In this document: positions 1-12,463 of the stretch, piece by piece
How the letters are laid out: each line of letters begins with the position of its first letter
Numbering within the stretch: the first letter of the stretch is position 1
Assembly (NCBI GenBank): GCA_963787325.1
Contig: CAWBCK010000005.1
Location: 1,520,333 to 1,584,332 of the forward strand
Source: an uncultured Planctomycetota bacterium
GTDB taxonomy: Bacteria > Planctomycetota > Phycisphaerae > UBA1845 > JANYLN01
DNA length: 64,000 nt
Reading direction: 5' to 3'
The notes under the pieces: model-generated
Told to the model about the DNA's origin: nothing
Seen by the model: the letters and a program-made list of their open reading frames with translations, nothing else
The model's database searches: none
Position numbers and translations under genes: made by a program

Positions 1-1905
1 GCCTTCAATTCTTCCGGCATCTACGCAGAGTTGGGAATTAGGCCCGTGTTCACCAATAATTGTGTCTATGGTAATGCTGCCTATGATTACTATGGTACTG
101 ACGACCCTACAGGTACCAACAGCAATATCTCGCTGGACCCTAACCTTGTCGACCCAGCAAATAGTGATTTCCATATTCAGCCTACGTCGCCCTGCGTTGA
201 TGCCGGGGATGACGCTGTCCTGCAAAGCGACTGGCTCGATATAGACGGTCAGACTCGGATACAGGGGTCTCATGTGGACATCGGGGCAGATGAATCTGAT
301 GGGACGGTCTGGCCCGGGCCACCAGCGGTCATCCATGTGAGCGAGAACGGGAGCGACGACAACAACGGCTTAACCTGGGCAGCTGCCAAACGAACACTGC
401 AAGAGGGGATCAATGCGTCGGGCGCCGGCACGCAGGTATGGGTAGCGGCCGGTACTTATGTTGAAAACGTCGTGCTCATAACGGGAGTGGCTCTTTATGG
501 TGGCTTTGCGGGCACGGAAACCGATATTTCCCAACGCGACTGGGATGCCAACGTAACGATCCTGGATGGCAACCGATCAGGCAGCGTCGTATGGGCGCCT
601 CCAAACGCTATTCAAACCACACGGATAGATGGGTTCACAATCCGCAACGGCACCGGAACGTCTGACGCTTTGGCCATAATGCCTGCATGCGGTGGTGCTG
701 TCTGCTGCGATGCCTCCTCATCACCCACGATCGCAAATGACACCATTATCAACAACAATGCGTACTATGGAGGCGGCATTTATTGCGGTGAATGCAGTTC
801 CGCCACAATTATGAGCAGCACATTCATTAGCAACAAATCGTGCTTGGGCGGAGGAATATACTGCGAGTATCCCATTTGGCAGACGGTCGCTACCGCTACG
901 ATCTCGAACAACAGGATCGTCACCAATTCTGCATACTGTGGCGGAGGAATCTATAGCCGCAGCACTTTCACTGTAGTTGCCAATAACGTGATCAGTGACA
1001 ACACGGCCTTTAATACTGGCGGCGGTATGGACATACGTAATTCAACCATCATCAACAACAGCATCACAGGTAATGATGCAAGTTGCGGTGGCGGAATCTA
1101 CAGCAACGGTCAGTCCTCCTCACTCACCTACAATATGATCGCTGGCAATAGTGCATACTATGGTGCTGGTGTTTACTGCTCGCTCTCTCCTACGATTTGC
1201 AGCAACACGATTTGCGGAAATACAGCATGCAAAGGCGGTGGAGGGCTGTTCTGCGACAGTGGTTCACGTCCCACGGTCACGGGCAACACAATCACAGCGA
1301 ACGACGCGGACGAAGACGGCGGGGGCATCTATAGTGATGAAGGCTCGCTGCCCTACGTCTCGGACACGATCATCGCCTTCAATTCTAGCGGCTTCTACTA
1401 TGGCGGAGGAACACTATCTGTTGGATATTGCTGCCTTTTCGGCAACACGGCCTATGACTACGTTGGCCTTACGGAACCAACAGGAACAGATGGCAACGTG
1501 CTAGCAGATCCACGGTTCGTACAGGCGCCCAATTCGGGTCCTGATAACACGTGGGGCACCAGCGACGATGATCCCGGTGACTTGCACCTCCAGTACGGTT
1601 CCCCATGCATCAATGCGGGTGATCCTGCTTTCGCTTCCGCTCCTGAACAGACGGATAAGGATGGCCTGCCTCGTGTGCTCTCGGGCAGGATTGATATCGG
1701 CTCGTATGAGTTTCGGCTTGTCGGCGATGTGAATGGCGACAATTACGTTAATGTCGCCGATCTACAGGGCATCTTGGTGGCATGGGGTAGCAGCGATCAG
1801 GACAACTACTGGAACTGGAATCCAGCCTGCGATCTCAACACCGACAACTGCATCAACGTCGCCGACCTCCAGATTCTTGCAACGAATTGGGGCCGGTCGT
1901 TATAA
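1..1905 (+). CDS. Secreted right-handed beta-helix protein (choice-of-anchor Q-like) with C-terminal dockerin-like domain; 5' end outside window
   Basis: Frame is open from base 1. Repeated N..GGGIYC motifs, DLHLQYGSPCINAG, IDIGSYE, and a GDVNGDNYVNVADLQ / DLNTDNCINVADLQ EF-hand pair. Confidence 0.85.
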   Translation, partial: AFNSSGIYAELGIRPVFTNNCVYGNAAYDYYGTDDPTGTNSNISLDPNLVDPANSDFHIQPTSPCVDAGDDAVLQSDWLDIDGQTRIQGSHVDIGADESDGTVWPGPPAVIHVSENGSDDNNGLTWAAAKRTLQEGINASGAGTQVWVAAGTYVENVVLITGVALYGGFAGTETDISQRDWDANVTILDGNRSGSVVWAPPNAIQTTRIDGFTIRNGTGTSDALAIMPACGGAVCCDASSSPTIANDTIINNNAYYGGGIYCGECSSATIMSSTFISNKSCLGGGIYCEYPIWQTVATATISNNRIVTNSAYCGGGIYSRSTFTVVANNVISDNTAFNTGGGMDIRNSTIINNSITGNDASCGGGIYSNGQSSSLTYNMIAGNSAYYGAGVYCSLSPTICSNTICGNTACKGGGGLFCDSGSRPTVTGNTITANDADEDGGGIYSDEGSLPYVSDTIIAFNSSGFYYGGGTLSVGYCCLFGNTAYDYVGLTEPTGTDGNVLADPRFVQAPNSGPDNTWGTSDDDPGDLHLQYGSPCINAGDPAFASAPEQTDKDGLPRVLSGRIDIGSYEFRLVGDVNGDNYVNVADLQGILVAWGSSDQDNYWNWNPACDLNTDNCINVADLQILATNWGRSL

Positions 1906-2771
1906 GCAGCAGCGCCATACGCCTGTTGTTTTCCAGGCAGGGCTGGACGACAGCAACCTGACGAACTTGCCGTCTCTGTGATATAGGTCCGGCAGCATCG
2001 TGCAGGAATGTCAGAATCTACGCAGATACCGTTCTATTGCGCCATGCATGACAGGTCATTTTGCTGGAACGGCTCGACACCTGAAGACGAAACTGGTTCA
2101 GACATTCGTCACTTTGTGCAGTAACATCTTTACAGGACGGTTGTTATGGTCGGTCGAGACACAACACTCTACAGGACACACCTCAGGCTCTAGTGTTTTT
2201 CTTTGCTTTGGCGTTGCAATATCTTCTTGTCTGATCCACAATGTCGCCGGAGGAAGGCAGACTCACTTCACACCTTCCAGAGATTTACTAGATGCGGAGG
2301 TAGGGCTATGTCGAAGCTTAGCCGTCCGTTGCAGGGCGTACATCATGACGTCGTAAGCTTTCTAATGCGGCCTGTCCTGGGAATACTTATCATCCTGCCG
2401 CTGACTGCAACACCGGTATGGGCAAGTGAACGGGCGGTCCCTTGGGGCCGGTGCGTCGTATCTGATATGACCGTCGACACAGGGCCTTGCGTTTCCCGGG
2501 TTGCGCTGGCCTTGGCATCGAGTATAGCAGCACGGAAGTGTCGCTAGGTGGCATCTACGTCTTTGCGGTATGCGCTGGCCGATCCTATCAGAGAAGTGTC
2601 AGGACGGCAGATTGGTTCGAACTGCCCGCACAGCGCGGCCGGCCGCGCGTCAGACTCATATGTCCGTTGCGCCATATGCCTTCGCCGAACGAACAGATAC
2701 TACGCTAGTCTCAACAGATGTTGGCGCAGCCCGGACGACATTCTTGGGAATAGCTTGGGAGAACACTGGAC

Positions 2772-3590
2772 ATGTGTCATATCTACGCAGTGATTGCAGG
2801 GTCAATTCTCTTTGCAGGTCCATGGGCGAATGCAGAGAAGGCTCCTGTGTCGGGCAATAGTGCGAAACACACCGCGGCGCAGGTCGTTTCATCGCGGGAC
2901 ATGGCTGGTATCTCATATCCGTCCAGTCAGACCTCTGCAGATCCGGGTAGAGTAACACCCAGGACGGCGTGGTCGGCCCACCCCCGACAGCTGCTCATGA
3001 TCCAACCTTGCCGCTTCGACCGCGAGGGCATCTACATCTGGCGGGATGTAGAAGGGGTCTGGCAGCTACAGGCCGTTTCACAGCGAGGGATTACCGTGAC
3101 AGGCCGCTTGCAGGCGGCTCAGGCACTCGTGCCTGAGAGGGTACAGAACAGTGCCCAGGGCGGACTGGTTCGGGATTGTCTAGAACCCGGCATTGCCACC
3201 GTTTCGATAGCCAGCACTGGCGAGGACAAGCCGCCGCCTATCCGCTTCAAGGCGCAGGGAGAGTTCATCGAATTCGACCTGAAGATCGAAGGAGAAGTTG
3301 ACCCGGGTCGGATCTATATTGGGGTACGGGGTAGCAGTCCTGCTGCTGTACCGTTTCGGATCGTGAACCGCCCTGTGGATGTGCCGAAACCTAGAACTTC
3401 CGAGCCGAGAGAGCCAAGGAGTGTGCTCGGGCCGACGCTTCAGGTAGGAACCTTACAGGTTGTCGCCTCGGACGACCCACAGACCGTCAGTTGCCCTAGG
3501 GCTTCGGGCCAGGGCGGCGAGCATCTCGGCATCAAATCTCCGGGGACAAATCGAACGGGAGAGCACCGACATGGCAGTGCCGCACGCTAG
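2772..3590 (+). CDS. Secreted hypothetical protein
   Basis: Signal-like N-terminus (AVIAGSILFAGPWANA) and a globular GIYIWRD...FDLKIEG...IYIG...PFRI domain. Confidence 0.6.
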   Translation: MCHIYAVIAGSILFAGPWANAEKAPVSGNSAKHTAAQVVSSRDMAGISYPSSQTSADPGRVTPRTAWSAHPRQLLMIQPCRFDREGIYIWRDVEGVWQLQAVSQRGITVTGRLQAAQALVPERVQNSAQGGLVRDCLEPGIATVSIASTGEDKPPPIRFKAQGEFIEFDLKIEGEVDPGRIYIGVRGSSPAAVPFRIVNRPVDVPKPRTSEPREPRSVLGPTLQVGTLQVVASDDPQTVSCPRASGQGGEHLGIKSPGTNRTGEHRHGSAAR

Positions 3591-3621
3591 GGCACGCGTC
3601 TCTAGTCTTCAGGAGGTTCAC

Positions 3622-4808
3622 ATGAAATTGTGGTATATTCCCTCTTTAGTATGCCTATCTATCGCTTGGTCCCAGCTTCCAGCCGCGGCGGACAACCGGA
3701 TCGCGACTTTGCGCCTGGCTCCCCCGCCTCCCAGAATGTGTCCACACCCAGTAAGACTGCAGAGATTGCGTATGAAAGCAGCTCACCAGCATTAATGGAT
3801 GCGGAAGGGGTAGGCATGCTAGCACCTGATGGATCAATCAAACGCCTCGAACGCAGTGCAAAGATATTGGTGTCTCGCAGCCCTCTAGCAAGAATAGCGA
3901 TATCGCGAAGCCGCAGCGAGGCGCATTCCCGGTTGTCCGCGTTTAACGCCCATGGGATGCAGGTTGCGGCGTTTGACGTAGAACCCTTGGCACGCGTGAC
4001 CTCCAACGAAGCCGGGACTCGGTTCGTCCTATACGGAGAGAAACTTAGGAGAGAGCCTTGGTCGACATCGGTCTACATGTACGACGCCAGCGGGAAACTC
4101 TTGTACCAGGATAGTTCCGGGGCTCTGGCCCGTGAATGCTGCACAGCAGTCGATGGCACGGGGCACTTGTACGTCCTGGCCTCACGGAAGGGCTCTTCCC
4201 GGCCGTTGCTTACGGCTCTGGCTCCTCCTGGAGATGCCTCCCTGTGGTCAACATCAGGCGTGTCCGGTCAGCTACCTGACGTGCTTGCTTGCAGCGGCGA
4301 CGATTCGGTTGTTGTGCTGGGAACATTTCCGAGAGATCCTCGCGAACGAGGACACCTGAAGTTCCTGTCTCGGCTGGGTGATACGATCGGCGAGTACCTA
4401 GCACCGCCCGGCATCTACGCCAAGAAAGTCGCACTGAGTGGCGATGGAAGCGTATGTGCCATGGTGGGTGGCAACCATCTCGCAGCAATCCAGCTCAAGC
4501 CAGAATTCGAGGTGCTGTTTGAGAAAGACTACGTCGAGCGACAGAACTATTGGTATCGCTCAGTATGCCTTCTCCCCGGCAGTAGTTCCATCCTTGCCTC
4601 ACTGTCAGATCATCTCAGCGAGCGGGGGGGCAGACTTGTGCAGCGGTACAACCTTTCTGGACGGATTGTGAGTCGAGAAGAGTTTCCACAGGAGCTGTTT
4701 TTGTCTGATCGAGGTCCTGATATTGTCGTTGGCGACAATCCCTCCTTGTACTTCGTGGAGACCGCGTCCACTGTCGAGATTCTTGCTGTCCGTCCGGAGG
4801 ATAAGTAA
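3622..4808 (+). CDS. Secreted hypothetical protein, possibly beta-propeller (frameshift near 3720)
   Basis: AGGAGG RBS at 3611. ATG 3622 gives the signal peptide MKLWYIPSLVCLSIAWSQLPAAA, then joins ORF 3630..4808. Stop abuts the next gene. Confidence 0.6.
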
Positions 4809-7800
4809 GTGAAGATACCCATGGGTGCAAATGCGATACGGCTTGCTGTATCCGCAGCTTGCATGTTGACATACATTGCGCAGGCGAATGGACAGAGAGT
4901 CTGGCCAATTCCCGGCTACGAGAACACGTGCGGGAATTTTGGGTCGATGGAATCGGACAGCACCACTTCTCAGAGTCAGCATGCAGGAATCGACATTCAT
5001 GCACCTAAAGGGACTCCCGTTGTCGCCGCCAATGATCAAACCCTTGTATACATCTGGGACTCAGGTGGCGATGTGTACCAGGTTGAAGCGGAAGGGGATG
5101 CCGACGATCAGGTGAACGGGAACATCGTTACCTACATCTATGCGCACTTACGCGGCGTGACAGCAGAGTTTAACGATATTGGGGAGCGAGTTACCTCGGG
5201 TACCCAATTCGCGGCTGTTCGCGGATCCTCGAGTTTCGACCCGCACGGGGGTACATTCGACCACGTCCATTTCAACATAGAGACGTTGGGGCAGGCCCTC
5301 AACCCGCTATTGCACCTACCCAACTCAGACCCAATCGGAAGCGCCGGATACAGCTGGCCGGATCTGGGGCCTGTTTTTGTCAAGAGCGTAGATACGGGTC
5401 AGTACATTGACTGGACACAGCAGAGCATCTCCGGTCAGGTGGACATTATCGCTGAGATACGCGATGACCAGGGCTACCAGGCAAACGTGGGGTTGCGCGA
5501 ACTTGATGGTCGCTTCGACGGAATCGTCTCCTCAGTATATGAGGTCTCCTACTGGATTGAAGGTCCTGATGGCGCAGGGGTGGGTTCATCCTCGAATCCC
5601 CGCCTGCTCGTACGCTTCGACCGCGCCAAGTTTACCAGCCAGCAGGTGAGTGTCATTTACGATATTGGCAAGAAGGTGAACGTACGCTGGGACATTGACC
5701 CGAACGGCCTTTACTATAATTATTGCTTTATTCTGACACACACCGACAATGACGGAACAGTCGAGGCTGCCGATGCCAATGAGCACTGGGACACACGCCA
5801 GTGCCCGAATGGTGAGTATACTGTTCATATAATAACTCGTGACATCGCTGGCAACAACGCACACGGAACCGTCACCCTCTCTGTCCATAATGAGGACAAG
5901 ACTATTCCCACCGTGCTCGGTCATCGAGAGCAAACAACGCCAAGCACAAACATTGTCGTGACATTTAGTGAAGCGATGACCGAGTCGACCTTGACAACAT
6001 CGAATATCGCGGTCTTAGGCTCCGTGAGCGGTAGTCACGCCTGCGCCCTCAGCTTTGACCATTCAACCTATCAGCTCACGATCAACCCGAACACTGACTT
6101 CCAGTACAGTGAGCGAGTTACGGTCACGATTGGTACGGGAGTGAAGGATTTGGGCGGCAACGCCCTCGCGACTCCCTACCAGTTCGCCTTCAACATCATG
6201 GATGAACCGACTCAACCGCCAACGTCCATCTCGGTTGACGCGCAGTCATCCAATACCTCGATTGACCCGTACCAGCAGATCACGATCTCTGGCTCTGCCA
6301 AATACAATACGGGACTTGGCGTCACCGGAACCGCAACTATTAACGCAGGGAGCGGAACCTATACAGCGGCCGTCACAGGCGGGTTGTTTTCGCGGTCAGT
6401 CACAGGGCCTTCATCATCTGGATATATAACCGTAAATGTATCAGATGGGACTCTAAGCGGGAGTGATAGCGTTTACATCAGCGTGACTCCCAATGGAGGA
6501 ACTCCGACTACGATCTCGATACTTACGTTATCTACGACTACACCGATCTGGGCGACGGCTACGTGGAGTACTGGTACAAGGATGCGTTTCGCACGACTGA
6601 TGAATATGTGTCATTGATAGCCGTGATAACTAATGCGAGCCTGACGTCGAATCTGAACTTTCAGTGGAAGTACTACTATCCAGACGGAACACAGTATGGC
6701 AGCACACTCGACTGGCCGAACGCCTTCAGTCGCGATTGGGAATGGGGCTGGGGCGAGTGGGGATACCTGATCAGTGGAAACTCCATGGCGTATACTCCGG
6801 GCAAATACAAGGTCAGGTTCTACGTCAATGGTGATCGCAAGGCGACTCACTCCTTCGTGGTAGGTTGGGACTTCACTCAGCATTTCATGTGCAGGGACTA
6901 TGACGCTAGCTGGCAACCGATCGGGCAGACGAACGTGTTTAGTCCGACTGACCAAAAGGCGGTTGCCTTGCACCATTTCGAGTACCGTGCACAGGGACTA
7001 GACGTGAAGACAGAGTTCTTCGGTCCGGGTGGTACACTCTATTCCTCGAGTGAGGACTCTTTCACTGACGATCTCGGACCGAATGAATGGTATGACTGGT
7101 CTCGGCATGCATCGTGGATTTGGATAAGCGGGACGCCAGCCCAATACATGTGTGGCACATGGACAGTCAAGTTCTACGTAAAGAACCCGTCGAGTGGAGG
7201 CTGGGAGCAGAAGTACACTGACTACTTCCGTATAGAGGAACACACAGCCCCGACGATGGGTTCGATATCCGTGTCCCCGGTGTCTCCGATTGAAACACAA
7301 GTCATCACTTTGGCCGCATCGGCGTCCGATGATAATCATCTGGACCGGATCGATCTGTACTGGCAGGAAGATGGCGGTCCCGTGCAGACGCAGTCCTGGA
7401 CTGCCATCAACGCCGCAAGCCGGAGCGTTTCCTACAGCATCGGGGCCAAGGTTGCGGGGGCGGTCATCACCTTCTGGCGCAAGCCTGGGACGAATCAGGA
7501 AATCGCACGGAGAGCGAGCATCGGACGTTTACGATCCAGCCAGAGACGGTAACTATGCCGAGTATGCCCTCTGGACCCAGTGCTCTGAGAATCGGTCAAT
7601 GGGGCGGCTATAGTACCGGGGGTTCTACTAGCAGCCTGGAAGATCCGATACAGTACCAGTTTGACTGGGGTGATGGCACGATCTTGACGTGGGGGGCAAA
7701 GGAACAGAATCACTCATGGTCAACGGGTGGGCAATACTTGATCAAGGTGAAGGCCCGGTGCCAGGTCCATACCAACCGCGAATCGCAATGGTCTGACGTT

Positions 7801-9916
7801 CTGTCGGTGCTTGTCGATGGAACGAACCCGACGGTCACTATCAATAGCCCTACCACCGACGCCATATACACGACCGACCATACAACAATCGATATCGGCG
7901 GCTCTGCCTCAGACGATGCTGGTGTTATGCAGGTTCTTTGGTCAAATGATTGCGGAGGATCGGGTACGTGCGAGAGCAATGCGCCGGGGGGGACGATCAG
8001 TTGGGCTGCCTCCGGCATTCTCCTTCAACCTGGCCAGAACGTCATCACCGTTACTGCGCACGATGCTGACAACAATGTGGGCTCCGATACGCTCACCGTC
8101 ACACGACTCCTTCCGGCTCCGATCATCACCACAGAGAGTCCGTTACCCCCCGGCACAGTGGGAAGGCCTTATAGTGAGACGCTGGCAGCCATAGCAGGTA
8201 CGACGCCATACTCATGGTCTCTTGCATCGGGTCGTCTTCCCTCGGGTCTCAGTCTCAGTGACGGCGGTGTGATCAGCGGCACGCCTGGCGCAACGACACT
8301 CGCTAGCTTCACTGTGCAGGTTGCAGGCGCTGACGGCCTATCGTCAACATGCGAATTCCTCTTGGCTATCAATGAATCGAGCATATTCCATGTTTCCACA
8401 ACTGGGAACGATGCGTGGGATGGCTTGCGCTCGACCTGGGACGGCACACACGGGCCGAAGGCAACGATCCAGGCAGCCATAGACGTTGCCTTACCGGGTG
8501 GCGACGAGGTGATTGTACGCGCCCGGTAACTACACGGGAAGCGGTAATCGTGATATCGACTTCCGGGGGAAGGCCATCGTAGTGCGTAGTACAGATCCAG
8601 AGGATCCTGCTGTTGTTGGGGCTACTGTAGTTGACTGTGACGCTTCTGAGGCCGATCCACACCGTGGGTTCAGGTTTCATTCCGGGGAAACCCGCGACTC
8701 GGTTCTCGCCGGGCTGACTATCAAGAATGGGTATGGACCGATGGAGATAGTTATCGACTGGTCCGAATCGATTGGCGGCGGCATTGTCTGTATTGCATCC
8801 AGCCCGACCATCGAGCGTTGTGTTGTGAGTAGCAACACTGCAGGTTTCGTTGGTGGCGGGATCTACTGTGGTGGGATCTGGGCCGGCCCCTCTTGCGATC
8901 CTGCGATCGTGAACAACACGATCGCCCACAACAACGCTGAGGGAGGTGGTGGGATCTATTACGAGTTCTGTTGCCCGAGGATTGTCAGCAACACGATTAC
9001 AGGAAACGTGGCGATGCCCGGTGGAGGCATTTTCTGCTATGAGTCGTCAGGCGCCATGATTACAGACAACATGATTGCAGGCAACAGTGACGCAGGGATC
9101 TGGTGTGGTAGCGGTGAGTCGCCAACGATCATGAATAACACGATCGTGCACAACGGTACGGGGATCTGGTGTGAGGGCGGCGGGTCGTCTCCCGTGATCA
9201 TCAACAACATGATTATATGTAGCGGTACAGGGATCTATTGCTGTCAAAGCGCTTCGACAACAATCGTGAATAACACAATTGCGTACAACAGCAAGGGGAT
9301 TTGCCTTGAAGGTTCATCGCCTTCGCAAGTCATCAACACAATCATTGCCTTTAACTCGTTTGGCATCGACGACTCTGACACGCCAGTATCTCTTAGATGC
9401 AACTGCGTCTATGGAAACTCCGACTCCGATTATTCCGGTCTAGTCGACTTCACGGGCACCGATGGCAACATCTCCGCCGATCCAGGTTTTGTGCGAGCAC
9501 CAGTTCGGGCACGGACGGCGAGTGGGGTACAGCCGATGATGACCTAGGCGATCTGCACCTGCTGAGCTGGCTCCCGATGCATCAATACCGGCAGCAATCT
9601 TGATGTACCGGCAGACACGGCTGACCTTGATGGTGATAATGACACCGTCGAGCCACTGCCATTTGACATGGCAGGTCAGATGCGGCAGATCGGCGGCTGT
9701 GTTGACATCGGGGCTTATGAGTATGCAGTGCAAGGCGACATCGATGGCGATGGTTGCGTCAACGTGGGCGACCTTCAAGCGTTAGCCGCAGCGTGGAGTA
9801 GTCAAGGTGGGGTTTCCCCCGGTGACAACTGGAACGCTGCTGCCGATCTCAACTCCGATGGGTACGTGAACATAGGCGACCTGCAGATCCTGATCGCGAA
9901 TTGGGCCGGTCATTGA
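4809..9916 (+). CDS. Large secreted multidomain protein: M23-like peptidase, Ig-like/PKD domains, beta-helix, dockerin-like tail (several frameshifts)
   Basis: M23 motifs HAGIDIH, YAHL, HVHF; Big_5-like IVVTFSEAM; PKD YQFDWGDG; He_PIG-like LPSGLSL; GGGIYC repeats; GDIDGDGCVNVGDLQ tail. ORFs 4809, 6563, 7555, 8513 and 9668 join end to end. Confidence 0.75.
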
Positions 9917-10022
9917 ACTGACAGATCATTGACGAGGTATCAGAGGCAAGACTGGCTTGTATTCTGGCTTACACCCAGTAGTTAACAGGCAGCGACACAA
10001 AGATCAGTCGCCACCTGAAGCG

Positions 10023-10649
10023 TTAAGCGCCAGTTGCTGATTTGCCGGCAGGTTGTGAGGCCGTGACAGTTGTTTGCTGCCATCGAATGTCTACTGTCCA
10101 GCCAATGGCACCGAAGAACTTGGTGATGACATCGGTTGTGCGTTCACGTGCCTGGTCCAGTATCGCCGGTGTAGTACCTGCTTTGCCCACCAGCCGCTGA
10201 GCATGTGACATGGCTCGGTTGACCAGGTCTGTTTCTGCGCCTCCACCGGGCAGAACCCACAGACCACTTCGATCGATCCGGTAAAGCTGTGTATGCTCAT
10301 GATCTACTCGTGGCCTTCTCGGGGCAGGTATAGTCAGCAACAGAACAGCATGGCGCTGCTCAGGATCAATCGTTTCAAACCGACCTGCTGAAAGATCCGT
10401 CGCGATTTCCACATCACCCTTGACGACCAGTATCGCCTCGATGCCACCGGTATAGCCTTCCATCTGATAGATCTTCACATCGGCTACCGGCACACGAAGC
10501 ACCGCCAGAGACGCCAGTTGCTGGATCTGTTCAATCGATGGACAGCTGGTTGGTTGACAATTCCGGTCGCTGGCGCCGTTGTTGTGTAGAAGCCAACCAC
10601 CGGCAATACCGACGCACAATACGAGTAGAAGGGCGGCTGTGTTGTTCAT
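10023..10649 (-). CDS. DUF4230-like membrane-anchored protein
   Basis: N-terminal hydrophobic anchor, IEQIQQLASL, VKGDVEIATDLS, ILDQARERT. Start overlaps the stop of the E1 gene. Confidence 0.7.
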   Translation of the reverse strand: MNNTAALLLVLCVGIAGGWLLHNNGASDRNCQPTSCPSIEQIQQLASLAVLRVPVADVKIYQMEGYTGGIEAILVVKGDVEIATDLSAGRFETIDPEQRHAVLLLTIPAPRRPRVDHEHTQLYRIDRSGLWVLPGGGAETDLVNRAMSHAQRLVGKAGTTPAILDQARERTTDVITKFFGAIGWTVDIRWQQTTVTASQPAGKSATGA

Positions 10650-11327
10650 TACGCTGCTCCTTGTAGTTGTGCTACGCCGATTGACAGTTCATCGGTCAGC
10701 AGATTCATGGTGATATCCGGCTCCAATGGAAACCGTCTTAGCCACCGCGTTAGTCTCGATATCATCAGTCCAGCGGCGATATTGGCCGTATAGATGGTAG
10801 ACCGTGCTGTACAGGTACCCACATAAGCCTGCTCCGATGAAAACAATGTGCTTGGGTAGTATTGAGTCGACACTTGATCAGAGACGGTTAGTATACGCAC
10901 GACCTCAGCCGCCATCCGACCGTCAATGAACAGTGAGTCTGTAATCGCGGACAGCGTTCCAGATGATCTTTCTTGTGGCAATGCTATCGACGCAGCAAAA
11001 GACGATATTGCCGATCACCAGGCTGCGACGGAACCGCTCAGGCACGATCTGGATGCCGATATTTCTGTTGAGATGGCGACATAAATCCCCCGTGGCTTCT
11101 ACCTTTAGCCTACCCAGATCGGCCTCCATATAGCCCTGTGGACCCAGATTGACTGGCTCCACGAGGTCGAAATCCACCAGTTGCAGCCATGGTATACCTA
11201 TCGCCGACAGTTGCAGCGCTACTTGCCGGCCAATAGCACCGACGCCAATGACTGTACAGCGACAAACAGCAAGTCTATCCGGCGGTACAATATCTCGCTG
11301 GCGTAGATCACGGTCTTGTATGGTCAT
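10649..11327 (-). CDS. ThiF/E1-like adenylyltransferase (frameshift near 10950)
   Basis: GVGAIG, DFDLVEPVNLGPQG, GRLKVEA, FCCVDS, then in the next frame FIDGRMAAE and CTARST...AAGLM. Confidence 0.85.
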
Positions 11328-11740
11328 GAGCATTCTCCTTCCGATTGGGGATAGTTGTCATCTGGTAACAGTATGGTTCGGACAGGCTCACCGGTATCAC
11401 CTGGTCCGTAGAGCACCTTCAGACGGATCTTGTGCACCTGCTCATCATCCAGGCGAATCGATACTTCAAACAGGTACTGGCGGGCCTTCGGTATTCCGTC
11501 GCCGATCGCGGCATACAAGGCCAGCAGGATCGCCACAGCCCGGCCCTGCTCGTACTCTCTATACAGGGCTCGCAGGCCGACGTTGGGCACGATGTAGCGG
11601 TTCCAAACGGCAGCCGAACAGGCGACCGGCTTCTTGAAGTGACACCACGTGGCCCAAAGGCCCAGATCGACCAGATGACCTTCGGCAATAGCACGGGCGC
11701 GCGTAAGCGGCAGATTCTCCGATTGCTGCAACGTCGTCAT
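11324..11740 (-). CDS. DUF6573-like protein
   Basis: [44 protein letters not shown] overlaps on both sides. Confidence 0.7.
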   Translation of the reverse strand: MTTLQQSENLPLTRARAIAEGHLVDLGLWATWCHFKKPVACSAAVWNRYIVPNVGLRALYREYEQGRAVAILLALYAAIGDGIPKARQYLFEVSIRLDDEQVHKIRLKVLYGPGDTGEPVRTILLPDDNYPQSEGECS

Positions 11741-12463
11741 AGCCACGACTCGGGCTCGGAAAGACCACATTCCCTGAGCTGCCAGTCCTCCAGATCCTCA
11801 AAGCCCAGCTCTTGTTCCTGGAGACCGAAGGCATCAGCAGGGCCCAGACCGAATGCATTGACCATGGCCGGCAGCTCCGCTTGAACGTTGGCCGTATATT
11901 CCTGCTTCCATGCCTCATGATCACTGGCCGCGAAAGGTTGCTGATAGTCGACCTCCACGGGGATCTGCATGTGGCCGCCGGGACCGGTGTTGAACCGCAG
12001 ACGGGCGTATGTCTTGCCGCTTTTGGCCAGGATGAACATCACCGCCCAGTCAGACCTGCCGAAGACACGCGCAAAGGTCTCTTCGTCCGTACTGCTCGGA
12101 TGGGCCGAGTCGCCGGGATGGGTGTGGATCCAGACGTCGCATGAACTGCTGGGGTTTGAGGCCGGCGTCGATCTGCTGGTCCAGGAAATCCGCCACGGCA
12201 TCGTCGTCAAAGCGTACACTGACCACGGTAACCTGCTGGCGGACCGTGACGAACTCGGCAACCAGCAGCAGATCTTTGGCCGGAGAGATCGCAAAGCCGC
12301 CGACCTCCAGTGGTCGCCGGTCGCGCATGTAGAGCAGCTTGGCCCAGGCAGTCGGGTTGAACCGCAGGACCGGTTGTGCCGGCAGGTTGATCCGGACAGG
12401 TTCGGGTGGCTCAGCTATCCGTGATGGACGCTTCTGCAGCTTGTTGTTCTTGTTCTTGTTCAC
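11737..12463 (-). CDS. JAB/MPN metallo-isopeptidase (frameshift near 12140)
   Basis: GTG start with AAAGGA RBS; EVGGF...[16 protein letters not shown] matches the E...HxH...S..D JAMM motif. Confidence 0.85.

Noticed and set aside
1906-2771. Short overlapping ORFs between the first two genes
   Set aside because: No consistent frame, RBS or motif; treated as intergenic or decayed sequence.
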